A stretch of 64,000 nucleotides of DNA from an uncultured Chloroflexia bacterium (GCA_963810095.1 CAWEMM010000006.1:704001-768000), one strand, 5' to 3'. Shown: positions 1 to 12,169, counted from the stretch's first letter. The notes: generated from the sequence alone by a model not told the origin. Numbers and translations are program-made.

Positions 1-2594
1 GACGCACAGCTTTCCTTCGCGGCGAGACAGATCGCATCGGGACGCGGCCCGGCCAGGGGTCGACCGTTACTGATCCCAGGACGAACTCGTCGCCGGCCGG
101 GTTCCCCGACGCAGTGGCCGGGGCGCCCTCGACGCGCGACAGTCGTTTGCCTGTCTGCCAATCATACCAGCCCACCACCAGGTCATAGCGGCCGGGCGCC
201 AGGCCGGCAGGCACGACGATTGAGTGTGCGTCGATCACGCCCGCAAGTCCGTCGCTTGCGGCTCGCCAGCCGCTGGTCGGGCGCGGGCGTGAACCACGTC
301 GGCTGGCGCGTCGCCCATGGCGACGGTCTGGTCCGTCGCATCGCGCAGGTGCAGGAAGACGTTGTAGTCCCTCGGAGGCGGGCCGAGCGGCCTGCCAGTA
401 CAGCAGCACGGGCAGCTGGCCGCCGGGGGCCGCGGCGAGCGGCGCGCTCAATTCCCGCAGCCGGACGCTCCAATTTTCGCCCGGCGAAGGTCGCTTCAGC
501 CTTGTCGACCGGGTACAAGGGAGCTTCGTAGACGTCCACGAGGCCGTCTCGGCGGGCGAAGGCCGGCAGCCTGCAGCGATCCGTCGCGGCGCGACTTCGG
601 CGTCGGGGACCGGCCCGCTTGCACCGGTCGGTGCGGGCGCGCCGTCGCTGCGCCAGTTCCGCCCGCACCGTCTGCCCGCCGCTGGCAACGCTCAACACCG
701 GGGCGAACGCCCGGGGCAGGTACCACGGCGTCGTCTCGACGACTACCGACTCACCCTTCTGCCACGTCGACGGCGGCCGCCAGAGCAAGGCGGGCGTGGG
801 TCGCAAGCTGCGTCGTCCACCACGCTCCCGGCCGGATCGCGGCCGGTGTAGCGGATCTCCAGGTCTTGGGGCAGCGGGTCGTCTGTCAGGCGCTCGAGGT
901 AGAACCGGAAGCGGGTGGTGCGCCAGCGCGGCTCGTCGACGCACGTCGAAGCCGGTGAAGCGTAACCCGGGGCCAAACTGCGCCTCAACGGGAATCTGCG
1001 GCTCGGCTTTGCCTGTGTGAAAGTGTAGAAGTCCGGCCGGCAACTCTGCCCCCCTCGCGCCTTTGGCAAGGAGGATGAGCCCGTCGGCCGCATCGACGAT
1101 GCCCCAACCCTCGTCGCGCACCAGGCGCTCGACGCGCGCCTTGACATCGGTCGCCTGCATGTCGTTGACCGCCTGCCACGTCGACCAGCGCATAGGTCGC
1201 ATCGCCCAACTCGGAGAACTGGTAGATCTTCTCGCGGTGGGCAAGGTGGGGGTGCACGGCCGAGGTCGCCGAAACAGCGGCGTCCGCCGGGATCTGGCGG
1301 GCGAGCCGGTCCACCGCCGCATGGTGCGCGGTAGTACGCGGGCCACTGGAACTGCCGGGCGAGCGGCGTCCAGCCACGGTCAATCTGGGCGCCGGCCCGA
1401 CGAGTAGAGCAGCCAGATTGCGCCCAGCGCCAGGATGATCGCCGTGTTCGTCACGCGGGGGCGTGAGCCGGAACGGGATTTGCCGCTCGACAAATCGCTG
1501 CAGGCGGCGGGCGCCGTAGATGGCCGCAATGATGAAAACAGGGACCAGCGGGCGCCGAGTAGTGCTGCTCGCCCGAGTACTGGCCGGGATAGCTCGACAG
1601 GGTGTTCGCGATCAACACCGGCAGCCCGAGCAGCAGATATTCGGGCGCCAGCAGCGCCAGCCAGCCCACCGCGCCGAACAGCCCGCCCAGGTAAGCGAGG
1701 CGGGCGGGCTCGCGCAGGAGTGCGAGGCTGCCCTCGAGCGCGCCGAACAGGCCGCCCGTAAACTGGTAACGGTTCTCCAGGTAAATCGGGCCGCTCGTCC
1801 CGTAGTATTGCCGCGCGAGGGGCGCCACGATCAGGAACGTCGCGATGAGGAACCACGCGGCGCTCACCGGCTAAAGGCCAGCCCATGCTTGGCGCCGCCC
1901 GAGAAGGCCGAACGCACCCGCTCGCCCAAGGGCCGGCGCGTTGAGGTGCGCCAGGCCGAGCGGAACGCGGGATCTGAGACGATGAAGAACAGGCCGAGCA
2001 TGCCCGTGAGGGTCGGGAGGTTCTCCTTGCCCGCCATCACGAGAATCGCCCATGCCCACATCGGCCGCCACCGCCGCTCAGTCCCATACCAGAAGGCGAA
2101 CAGGAACGGCGTGACGACGAGCGGGTCGGCGTGGAAGTCGGCCACGTTTGCGGCCTGCAGCGATGGCGCCAGCAGGTACGCGGCGCTGAAGAGCAGCGCG
2201 ATCCACTCGGCCTGCCTGGCCCTGGTTCTCGGAACGTGCGCCGGGCGATCCAGAACACGGGCAGCGCGCCGAGGGCCAACGCCAGCGACTGGATGATCAG
2301 CATGGCGCGCACATCGTTCCAAACGAGGTAGACCAGCGACAGCGGCAGCAGAATCGGCTCGAAATGCTCGGCCACCCGCGGGGCTTGCACCACGCCCAGC
2401 GTCCGTTCGAGGAACCGTCCCTGCAGCGTGTTCCACATGGGCTGGTCGATGAACGACAGGTCTGCGGCAAAGGTATTGAGCGTGGCGTGGCGCTGGAGCG
2501 TGTACGCGCTGAAGAAGGCCGCATAGGCGAAGATCAGAAGCGCGAGCAGGATGACCGGAATCGAGAGCCGGCGCGTCGTGGTGGATTCTTGCAT
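1..2594 (-). CDS. DUF2079-family multi-pass membrane protein (GT-C glycosyltransferase-like) with extracellular Ig-like C-terminal domains; frameshifted, runs off window start
   Basis: Stitched from ORFs 2037..2630, 1864..~2230, 1451..1867, 985..1383 and 183..1346. Motifs DLSFIDQPMWNT, EHFEPIL, DFHADP, KE, HYSAP, HLAHREKIYQF; tail LPAGLAPGRYDLVVGWYDWQTG. Confidence 0.75.
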
Positions 2595-2687
2595 GGGCTG
2601 AGATGCGGCAGGTGCGAACTGGCATGGCATGGGTTCGATACAGGACCGTCTCGATCGTCACGGCGAGCGTTTTACGTGCCGCGTTTG

Positions 2688-3983
2688 CTACGCAGTCCGC
2701 ACTTGCAGCGCCGCGCGGAGGTCGGCGATTTCCGATTCGAGCTGGCCGATCTCGGCGAACAGTTGGGGCGGCGCCGCGAGCAGCTGCTCTGCCCCGCACC
2801 ATCTCCAGTTCGACCAGCCGGCCGCGGCGCAGGTTGAGCTGCATGATCAGCGAGCTGACGTCATGCTCGCGCTGGCGGGCGAAAACCGAGCGCATGGCGT
2901 CGGGCGAGGTGCGCAAGCACGGGCCCGGCCGCAACCTGTCTGCGCGCGGGCATCCAGCCACCCCTGCAGGAACGCGTTGCCGATCGCGTAGCGGCTCCCG
3001 ACCTTGCGCAGGTAGCCCAGGCTGCACGAGGTTGGCTACTCGCTGCTTGAGTTCGGCGGGCTGCTCGAAATCCATGCGTTCCAGTTCCCGAGGATCTGCC
3101 CGGTGTACGGCATGGATGCTTAGCAGCAGCTCGCGGTCGGCCGCGGTCAGCTGCCCTAAATCATACTCCAGAAAGCCCGCAACCATCGAATCGACGCTGA
3201 GGGCCGCGTCGTCTGGCACAGAGAGCGTGCCGTCTTCGCCGAGAAGGCCGGGAACAGAGGAGCTGAAGGAGAAGGGGGTGGTCGTTCGTCGCGTCCTTGA
3301 TCGCCGCGACCGCCGCCGCGCTGGCCTTGATGCGGCCCCCCCGAGGCGCCTGAGATTGTACGATCAAGCTCTTGGCGTCGGCAGGGGCCAGGCTGCCAAG
3401 CGTGTGAGACATATCGAAGCCCGCCAGGAACGGGGAGGTCGGCCAGCCCCGGCAGATATCGTAGAGCCGGTACGCTTCGCGGGTGGACGCCATCACCGCC
3501 CGCATGCCCGCGCCCCCGGTCAGCAGCCGGTGCAGCCGCTGCATGGCGCGCGGCTCGGCCGCAGCAATCGGCAGCAGCGCTTCGGTTTCGTCGCACAGCA
3601 GCAGCAGCTCGACGCGGCACCGGGTCGCGAGGCGCCGAAGGTGCGTAAGCAGAGTCAGCGCGTCTTCTTCGTCGGCCATGGCCGGCGAGACGCCGAGCGA
3701 GTGCGAAGGCTTCGAGATTGTCGCGCACCGCCTCGGCCAGGCCCGCGCCCAAGATCGGCGTACGAGGCGCAGCCCTCGAGGCTCCAGAAGAGCGGCGCGC
3801 AGCCCGGGCTTGCGCGCGGCCAGGAACTCGAGCTGGCGCAGCAGCGACGTCTTGCCCACCCGGCGATTGCCGACAATCCAGTGCGCCCGCGCGCCGCCCG
3901 TCGAGGAGCGTCTCGATCAGCTCCTCCCGGCCGTAGTGCTCCCGACCGGTCACGTAGGCCCCAATGATATACGGGTTGCGCAC
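2688..3983 (-). CDS. STAND-like P-loop ATPase (AAA_16/AAA_35-like) with C-terminal helical hairpin; frameshifted
   Basis: NPYIIG...HYGRE N-terminus, Walker A GNRRVGKTS, Walker B LLLLCDE, NDHPLLLQLLC (GxP-like). Pieces in ORFs 3156..3983, 3161..3859 and 1864..3219; TAG at 2688-2690. Confidence 0.7.
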
Positions 3984-6262
3984 GGTGCGATCCTAAGGGA
4001 CTCGTCCCCGGCCCGTTGTTCCAGGGCACGTCGGCGCCCGCAATGCGCAGGCGACCGTTGAGCAGCGCATGCTGTGCAGCCGCCCGGCCCAGGGCGACCA
4101 GGCGGGCAGGGCTGCCCCCGGCACGCGGCGAGCGCCGCCCGCTCCGCCTCCGCATCCCAATCGAGCAAGCCATACGTGCCCTGGCGCAAGAGCGCGGCGG
4201 CGTCTGCCGGCGCCAGCGGCGTGAGCACGACCGCGTGGAACAAGTCGGCGAACCCGTCGACCACTTGGGGCGCGATCTCCGCGGCAAGCACCAGGCGAAT
4301 GGGCGAGGCCGCGCCAGAGGCCGCAACCAACAGCCGGCGGAACGCATCACCCGTCCGGGCTTCGTATCCATCCAGAACATCCGCGTTGTCGAGGAGAAAG
4401 ACGAGGATCAGCGGCCGGGCGAGCTGGGGCCGGAGCCACGCCAGCAGCACGTTGAGATCAGAGGCGAACTCCTGCTCGCCATAGTCGCCTCCCGCGCCAT
4501 CATTCCACCTCAGCCTCGGCCGGGGACCGGCGATGAACGGGATCAGCGCGTCGGTGGTTGCGGTCGTAAGCGCACCGAACAGCTCGGGCTCGCGCACGGT
4601 TGCCAGGTCCAATGATGCCGGGGCAAGATGCACCCGGCCGCCGCCCGCGGCAGGGAGCGCGAGTGCCGCCTGGCCTAGGGTCGAGGTCTTGCCCATCCCC
4701 CGATGCCCTGAAAGGAGCACGTTCTGGCGCTGCACCGCGTCGACGATCTCGCCCACCTGCTCGGGGCGCAGCGGCAGCCGCTCGGAGTAGAGATCCACGC
4801 TCCGGTCGGCGACCGCCCGGAAGCGTGCGTCAGCAGCGTCTGCCGCGTGCTGCAGCGCGTCGCCGCCGCGTCTTCCCGGCCGCGAGGGTGGTCGCGCCCG
4901 CCGTCAGAATCAGGGCCACCCCGCCGAAGCCCGCATAGATCGCGTCCTGTCGCACGCTGAGGCCGGCGGGCCCGCGCGCCAGCTTCGGGACGACGACCGT
5001 CACCTGCGACTCGGCCGAGCGGTTGAATGCGTCGTCTTGGGCCCACACCCGCAGCACGTGGGCGCCGGGCGGCAGGGCCCTGCCGGCATAGATCGAGGAC
5101 GACGCGAGATTGCCGCGTTCGGCCTCGGTGAGCAGGCGGGGCACCGCATCGACACCTTCCAGCCGGGTGAACACCCGAAGGCGATTCACGGGCGTGGCGC
5201 GGTCGCCCACGGCAATCTCGATGCGTTCCAGCCGGTCGGTTGCCAGCTTGAGCTTACCCGAGTCGGGACGGGCGCCGTTCACGCCGACAACTTCGACGGT
5301 GGGCGGGCTTGAGTCGGGCCGGTACGCGACGAGCCCGCCGACGGTCGCCACCCACAAGACGTCTTCGCCCCCCCAAGCCAGCGCGGTGACTCTCGCCGCG
5401 GGCAGGAAGGCGGGATCGTAGGTTTCCCAGATGCCTTCTTGCCCCGCGAAGACGCCCTGGGGTGTGCCGGCCCAGATGCTGCCGTCCAGAACTGCAAGCG
5501 AGGTAATATCTCGGGTGGCGGGCGCCGCCAGCTTCAGCCACTCGCCGTCGCGGAGCTCCCACAGCCCAGAGTCCCCGCCAGCAACCAGCGAGCCATCCCG
5601 CTGTTCGGCAATCGCCGTGATCCGGCCTTCGCCGGCCCCACGCTCGCGCGCCCGACCGACCGTCCACGCCCCGCCAGAGTCCCCCTGACGTGCCGGCCCA
5701 GATGCTGCCGCGTTTCGTCCACATGCAGCGCGGGCACCTGCAGGTCCTGAAGCTCCGGGACGGGTTGCAGCGCACCGTCCGCCTGCCACAGATACAGACC
5801 GCCCGTGCCGCCGAGCAGGAGTGCTCCGTCGGGTGCCTGCGCGAATGCGAGGATCGGAAGGGTGCGCAGCCCGGCCAGCCCGATGCGGCGGAATGGTCCG
5901 CCGTCGGCCGGCAAGTACCCCAACCCCCCGCCCGTGGACACCCAGAGGCGGTGTTGGCGATCCAGGAACAGCGCGACCACCCGGCTGTCGGGCAGCCCGT
6001 CCCGCGGCTCAATCGTGCGCCAGGTCTTCCCGTCCCAATGTGCCAGCCCACGCTCCTCCGAGCCTACCCACAGTCCGCCCCGGCCATCGGGTACGAGCGC
6101 GGTGATTCGCTGTCCCTTCAGAGGTGCGGCATCGATCGTCTGCCATGCGCCGCCGGTTGCGCCCGCGGCTGCGTGCGCAGGCGAAAAGACAGACAGCGCG
6201 GCCGCCGCGGCGCAGGCGAGCGCAAGGATGAGGCGAGGCAAAACCAAGCGTATGGATCTCAT
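3980..6262 (-). CDS. Signal peptide + two-component-regulator-type beta-propeller + Ig-like domain + TM helix + cytoplasmic STAND-like ATPase (probable single gene, frameshifted; 3' end approximate)
   Basis: ORF 5534..6262 has a signal peptide and repeats ITALVPDGRGGLWVG, DGLPDSRVVALFLDRQHRLWV. ORF 4830..5789 has more blades, HVLRVWAQD and TM IYAGFGGVALILTAG followed by RRRR. ORF 3950..4798 has Walker A GHRGMGKTS and Walker B LVFLLDNAD. Confidence 0.65.
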
Positions 6263-6335
6263 GGCGTCCTTCCGATCCTAAGGCGCGGTCCGACGCTGCG
6301 ATCATAGCACTAATTGCTGGAAATAGCAACCGTAT

Positions 6336-9114
6336 TTATTTGACGATTTGGAGTTCGAAGACCTGTGCGGCCAGCCGGGGCTCGTTGAGCGGAAAGCCGA
6401 ATGACAACTGGACAGGGCGGATGGCATCGGAGGCTTCGGCGGGCTGGGCCCACCCCGCCGCTTCCCCCTTGGCGGCGATGAAGGCGTGACCCCAGCGGAA
6501 GTGGCCGCGCAAGTCGGCGGTGAGGCCCAGGGTGTGGAGCGCATCCACTGCCTCTTGCCCCAGCTGCGCCGACGCCTCATCACGCACCGCGCCGGCTACC
6601 ACTGTGCCGTGTGCGAGGCCTGCGACCCACCCGGCCAGCTTGCGGCCGGCATCCGGGTCGCCGCTCGTGTCGAAGTTGGCAGCGTCCAGGAAGCGCCCAT
6701 TGCGGTCGAAGGCGGCGAGGTTGTACCCCCGGCGGTTGGGCGACACGTCGCGGCCGTCGAGGTAGATATGGCCGAAGTCCCCCGCTTCCTGGCCCGCGCT
6801 GCGCACGAGCAGCGCGGCCGGCCCGGCCCGGCTGAGCCGCCGGCCCAGCTCGCTCACGTCGATCGTGCGATCGAAGCGCAGCCGGACGTCGCTCAGCAGC
6901 GGCCGGTTTGCATCCGCAGGGATACTAAACTCGATCCAGCCCGGCTGCATCGGAAGAGGTACGCGGCCGGTTTCGCGGCCATCCGCCACCAGCGTCAGGC
7001 GCTGGTCGGGCACGAGCGCGCCGGCGTTGATGCGCAGCGTGGTCGCCCCAGGCCCAAGCGGTAGCAGAAGGCGCGCTTCAGGCCGCTCGGCAAAGAGACC
7101 GGTTGGTTGGCCCGCCGGGTCCAGCCCGGTCGCACCGGGCGCAACGCTGCTCCAGCCCTCCCCCAGGATCATGCGGTCCGCGTCCGCACCCAGCCGGTAG
7201 CTTGTTGGGGCATCGCCCACTGCGGCCGGGTCGATCCGGTAGAGGGCCAGCGCGCCGTCCTCGGCCACAAGTGTCAGGGGGAGCAGGTCCTGCGCGGCCG
7301 CTTCCACGCTCGCAGGCAGCTTTTCGCGGTGGACCATGACGTAACGGATGCCCGTGAACGCGGCCCAGCGCCGCGCTGCTTCACGATCGGCATCCGTGAC
7401 GGCCCGCGCGCCGAGCGCCGCCCGCAGCGCATCATGCTGCGGCAGGTCGGCCGCATTGGTCAGCGCGATCAGGCGGCTGAGGGTGGGCAGTTCGCTGAAA
7501 TACTGGAACTTGTACTCGGGATTGCGGGAAGTATTGCCGCCCAGCACCCGCTTGCCGTGCAGCGCCTGGTTCCACAGCTCTTGCATGATGAGCACGTCTT
7601 GCTTTCCCGCGACGCGCGCGCCGTTCCGCCAGCCCAGCGGCAGTTCCAGCAGCGCGAAGTCGCCCGGCTCCTGCGCCACCCGCCCATATAAGGCCGGCAC
7701 GCGGAGGTCGGAGCTGGGCAACGGGACCGACAAGTGCTCGAAAAGCATCAGGCCAAGCACCAGCCACAGCGGCCACAGAGAGGGCAGTGGAGACCGGAGC
7801 TTCTCCTTTCCCGCAGCGGGAGACGTCGAGCGTGACACAACGGCATGGACGCCGGCCCCGACGAGCGGCGCGAGGGACAGGAGCAGCATCACGGCGTAGC
7901 GGCTCGGATAGCGGTTACCCTTGAAGAACGGCAGCACCTCCATCAGGCGGAACGGCAGGGGGATACCCGTGTCGTGGCCGGCGATGCGCAGGTTGGGCCC
8001 GAGTGTCAGCAGGAAGAAGACGGCTGCCGAAACGCCCCACAGCCAGGCGTCCGGGCGCCGTCGGGTGCGCCAGAAACCCACCAGGGCCAGCGCCAAGGCA
8101 ACATACCCGACGTAGATGTGCTGGCCCTTATCGACGGCGAAGTACGTGCCGTCGGGCTGGGGCGTGGAGTTGTCCGACCATGCCCGGACAATTCCGCCAA
8201 GCACCGGGTGCAGCTGCGTGGGGACAAGATAGCCGGCGAGGTCCGCGGAGAAAACGTCGGCGAAGCCGCCGCCAGAAGTGAAGAAATCACCTTCAGCGCG
8301 CAGGTCGGGCAGCATGTTCCCCAGAACGGGGGCAATCCCGATCGCGAAGATAAGGCCGGTGACGGCGAACCGGCCGGCCAGTGGGAGGACGGCACGGCCC
8401 CCCGCCCCCCCCGGAGCCCGCGGCCCCACCCCGGCTGCCCGCCTCCCGCCGCGCGAACAGGGCAATGAGACCCCAGACGAGGGCAAGCCCGGCAAAGACG
8501 AGAAGGAACGATGCGTAGGTGAGCTCCGCATACGCTTGCAGCACCAGAAACAGCCCGGCCAGCAGCGCATCGTGCAGCCGGCCGCCCGGCCGCGCCGCAC
8601 GCCAGATGTACAGCGCGGCGAACGGCGCCCACTGCGAGCTGGCGATGTTCCCTTGCCCCAGCGCAGCGTAGAACAGCTTGCTGGACGCGAAGGCGTACAG
8701 CGCGCCGGCGACGAACGCCGCTAGCTCGGCCCGGCGGCCCTTCGCGTCCTTCAGAAACTGCCGGGCAAGCAGATAGCCGCCCAGCCCGCTCAACACGTAG
8801 GAGAGGAGCAGTTGAACGTTGTAGGCCGGGACCGTCCCGAAGACGGCCACGATGGGCGCGGCGAGCATCCCGTTCAGAACGGTGAGCGTGTAGAAGGCCA
8901 GGTTGATGCCGATGGGCCAGAACTGCCAGGCGGAGACAAACGGGTTCTGCGGCTGGTCGATCAGGGCGTGCTTGACCCACCAGAGGTTCCAAGCGAGTGA
9001 GGGGTCATCGATGCCATCGCCGGGCACATGCGTGGCGAAACGCGCCGCCATGGGCCAGGTCAGGACCAGCGCCAGGACGGTATAAGCCAGCAGGACCCGC
9101 AGATATCGCGGCAC
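6336..9114 (-). CDS. YfhO-like/GT-C multi-pass membrane protein with C-terminal ILEI/PANDER-like domain; frameshifted near 8400-8600
   Basis: N-terminus LTWPMA...GDGIDDPSLAWNLWW (ORF 8293..9231); FSADLAGY, RYPSRY (ORF 6336..8600); ILEI-like RGYNLAAFD...NFDT...AGAVRDEAS...FRWGHAFI. GTG at 9114 with GGGAG upstream. Confidence 0.7.
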
Positions 9115-9245
9115 GCGGAACTCCCGGGAGGAGAAATGTCGAATCAGGAGCATTATGCCATAGGGAAGCGCGAACACGCCTTTCGCCGCGGATTCGGCCC
9201 CGGATCGTTTCGGGCCTATAATCCGGAGCAACCAAGGAGCGTTCT

Positions 9246-9752
9246 GTGCAGTTACTCTTTTTGCGACACGGACCGGCTGAACCGAAAAGTGAGTGGCGGG
9301 GCGACGACGACGAACGACCTCTGACGGCGGAAGGCAGGCTGCTCGTGGCCCAGGTGGGGTGTTCGCTGCCCGCGCAGCAAATGGTCCCCGCGCTGATCCT
9401 CACCAGCCCGCTTGCCCGCGCACGGCAAACGGCCGAGATCGTGGCAGAATGCCTGGGCATTCCGGACAAGATAGCCGTCGACAAGCGACTCGCGCCTGAC
9501 TTCAGCTTGAAGCACCTCGAGAAGCTGCTCCGCGAGAACGCAGACTGCCCGGTCCTCATGCTGGTTGCGCACGACCCTGACATCAGCACCCTGGTGCGCA
9601 CGCTGACCGGTGCGGGGCGGCTCTCGGTCCGCAAAGGTGGGCTGGCGCAAGTCGAAATCTCGGATGCCAAGGCCCTCAAAGGCCGCCTGGTGGCCTTGCT
9701 CGTACCCACCCCGGCGAACCCTCAGCCCCCCTCGACCGACGGCGACGGCTGA
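9246..9752 (+). CDS. sixA: Phosphohistidine phosphatase SixA
   Basis: LRHGPAE, DDERPLTAEG, TSPLARARQTA, LVAHDPD motifs. Confidence 0.85.
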   Translation: MQLLFLRHGPAEPKSEWRGDDDERPLTAEGRLLVAQVGCSLPAQQMVPALILTSPLARARQTAEIVAECLGIPDKIAVDKRLAPDFSLKHLEKLLRENADCPVLMLVAHDPDISTLVRTLTGAGRLSVRKGGLAQVEISDAKALKGRLVALLVPTPANPQPPSTDGDG

Positions 9753-9773
9753 GCCGCGCGCCTGCGATGCCCC

Positions 9774-10410
9774 CTACGCAGCGGCGATGTAGGTCGCGAT
9801 GAGAATGTAGTGGGCCAGGCAGCCCAGGATGATGAAGATGTGCCAAATCTCGTGGAAGCCGAACACGCCGGGCCATGGATTCGGCTTCTTCAGCACGTAA
9901 ATCACGGCGCCGGCTGTGAACAGGAGCCCACCGAGTACAAGCCACGCAATCGCGGGGGCGGGCATGGTGGCGATGATCTCCTTGAAGCCCAGAATCCCGA
10001 GCCAGCCCATTACGAGGTAGACCCCCGCGGTGATCCAGCGGGGCGCGTTGATGACAAACAGCTTTACGATCACCCCCGTCAGGGCCATGCCCCAGATCAC
10101 CACGAGAACGCCCCAGCTCCAGAACCCCGTGAAGAAATGGAGGCAGATCGGGGTGTAGGTCCCGGCAATAAGCAAGTAGATCGCGGAATGATCCAGCTTG
10201 CGCAGCCACCCCAGCACCCCCGGTCCCTTGTTGACCAGGTGATAGGTAGCGCTGGCCGAGAACATTGCGATCAGGCTCAGCCCGTAGATCAGCAGAGAGA
10301 GCACCTTTGCCAGATCGCCCCAGCCCATCACCAATAGCGCGATCAGCCCGATCAGCCGACGCGCCTGCAGCAACCAGGTGCGTGAAGCCGCTGACCGGCT
10401 CGCGAAACAT
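9774..10410 (-). CDS. Hemolysin III / PAQR family membrane protein (one frameshift near 10360)
   Basis: MFREPVSGFTHL N-terminus; SATYH, LRKLDHSAIYLLIAGTYTP, FGFHEIWHIF. Confidence 0.9.
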
Positions 10411-10733
10411 CGGGCGTCGCACCACGCCCTGATTCGATAGATACTGGGTTTCCGTCATCGTCCGCACCTTTCTCGCCCCACACTGCGTCTTGGCCTACAC
10501 TGCGTCTCGCCCCATACTCCGCGTCATCGTCGACGGTGGCTCCATCATCGCACCCGATGCCGCCGACGTCAAGCAATCTTCCATCCGACACCCCTTTGAG
10601 TTTCCCCCTTAATGCGTTAAGATATCAGCCGCCAGAGATGACCGGGGCCGGTCGTCCGTGCTCGGGGCGTACGCAGCTGGGCGCAGCCTGCGTGGCAGTT
10701 TTCTCTGTATACAACCTACCATCGGGAGCATTC

Positions 10734-12155
10734 ATGGGCCGCTATCAAGACGCCCTCGACTATATCTTCAGTTACGTCAACTACGAGAAGAAAGCACGTT
10801 ATCCCTACGACGCGGCGACGTTTGACCTCTCCCGGATGGAGCAGGTGCTGGACCTGCTCGGCCGGCCCCACGAGAAGTTTCGCTCGGTGCACATTGCGGG
10901 CACGAAGGGTAAGGGATCGACCTCGGCCATGGTCGAATCGATGCTGCGAGCGGCGGGCTATCATACCGGCCTGTTCACCTCGCCGCACCTCCACTCGTTC
11001 AGGGAGCGCATCCGCCTGGGCACCCAGCTCATGAGCAAGGCCGACCTAGTGGCCCTGCTCGACCGCTGCCGGCCCGCGCTCGAAGCCACACCGGGCATCA
11101 CTGCTTTCGAAGTGATGACCGCGATGGCCTTCCAGTACTTCGCCGAGCAAGGCGTCGAATGGGCCGTCGTCGAGGTGGGCCTGGGCGGGCGTCTGGACGC
11201 CACGAACGTCGTCCATCCCGCCGTCTGCGCGATCACCTCCTTGAGCTACGATCACGTCGAACTGCTCGGCCACACCCTTTCGCTGATCGCATTCGAGAAG
11301 GCGGGCATCATTAAGCAAGGCGTGCCCGTGGTCAGTGCGCCCCAGGAAGAAGAGGCAATGGCGGTCATCCAGCGGGTGGTCAGGGATACCGGCGCGAAGC
11401 TGACGGTCGTTGGGCAAGATTGGACGTGCGAAAAGGACGGCTTCGACCTCACAGGCCAATCGCTGACGGTCACCGGGCCGGGCGGGACGCCGAAATTAGA
11501 AAACCTGCGCATCCCGCTGCTGGGCCAGCACCAGCTCGACAACGCCACCTCGGCGGTCGCCATCGTCCAGCAGTTACGAGACGCGGGTGTTACCATCGCC
11601 GAAGAAGCGATCCGGCAGGGCCTCCAGTCGGCGCGCTGGCCCGGGCGCTTCGAGCTCCTCAGCCACTCGCCCATGCTCGTGGTCGACAGCGCGCACAATG
11701 AGAACTCGGCGCACAAGCTGCGTGCGGCCCTGGCCGACTATTTCCCGCGGCCACCCAGGCGCCAGCTGTGCCTTGTGTTCGGCGCTTCATCGGACAAGGA
11801 TATCGCCGGGATGTTGCGCCAGTTTCTCGAGCCGGAGCGTGTCACGGGCTACCCGCCCGCCGACAAGGTGATTGTGACGAAAAGCGGTCATCCCCGCTCG
11901 GCCGAGCCCGCGCAGCTGGCCGACCTGGTGCGCCACGTCAACAGCAGCGCGCCCATCAGCGTCCAACCCGACCTGGTCGCGGCGCTGCGCGAGGCATTGG
12001 CCTGGGCCGGCCCGCAAGACCTGATATGCATCACCGGTTCGATCTTCGTCGTCGCACAGGCGCGGCTCGAGTGGACGCACCGGCATCCCGAAGCCTTTGC
12101 CGCCGACGACTGGGTGTGGCAGGACGAAACCGCAGGCGAGACGGTGCCTGATTGA
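10734..12155 (+). CDS. folC: Folylpolyglutamate synthase / dihydrofolate synthase
   Basis: HIAGTKGKGST, FTSPHL, EVGLGGRLDATN, EKAGIIK, WPGRFE, DSAHN, ITGSIF. Confidence 0.95.
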   Translation: MGRYQDALDYIFSYVNYEKKARYPYDAATFDLSRMEQVLDLLGRPHEKFRSVHIAGTKGKGSTSAMVESMLRAAGYHTGLFTSPHLHSFRERIRLGTQLMSKADLVALLDRCRPALEATPGITAFEVMTAMAFQYFAEQGVEWAVVEVGLGGRLDATNVVHPAVCAITSLSYDHVELLGHTLSLIAFEKAGIIKQGVPVVSAPQEEEAMAVIQRVVRDTGAKLTVVGQDWTCEKDGFDLTGQSLTVTGPGGTPKLENLRIPLLGQHQLDNATSAVAIVQQLRDAGVTIAEEAIRQGLQSARWPGRFELLSHSPMLVVDSAHNENSAHKLRAALADYFPRPPRRQLCLVFGASSDKDIAGMLRQFLEPERVTGYPPADKVIVTKSGHPRSAEPAQLADLVRHVNSSAPISVQPDLVAALREALAWAGPQDLICITGSIFVVAQARLEWTHRHPEAFAADDWVWQDETAGETVPD

Positions 12156-12169
12156 GGAGCAAGACCCTG

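Noticed and set aside
7762-7800. CCACAGCGGCCACAGAGAG inside the YfhO-like gene as a third in-frame repeat remnant
   Set aside because: Too short, with no inverted partner; chance cannot be excluded.
10596-10730. Possible THF riboswitch upstream of folC (GAGT...GCGTTAAG plus small hairpins)
   Set aside because: The downstream conserved THF elements are not visible. The segment fits a promoter (TTGAGT-N16-TAAGAT) with a short palindrome.
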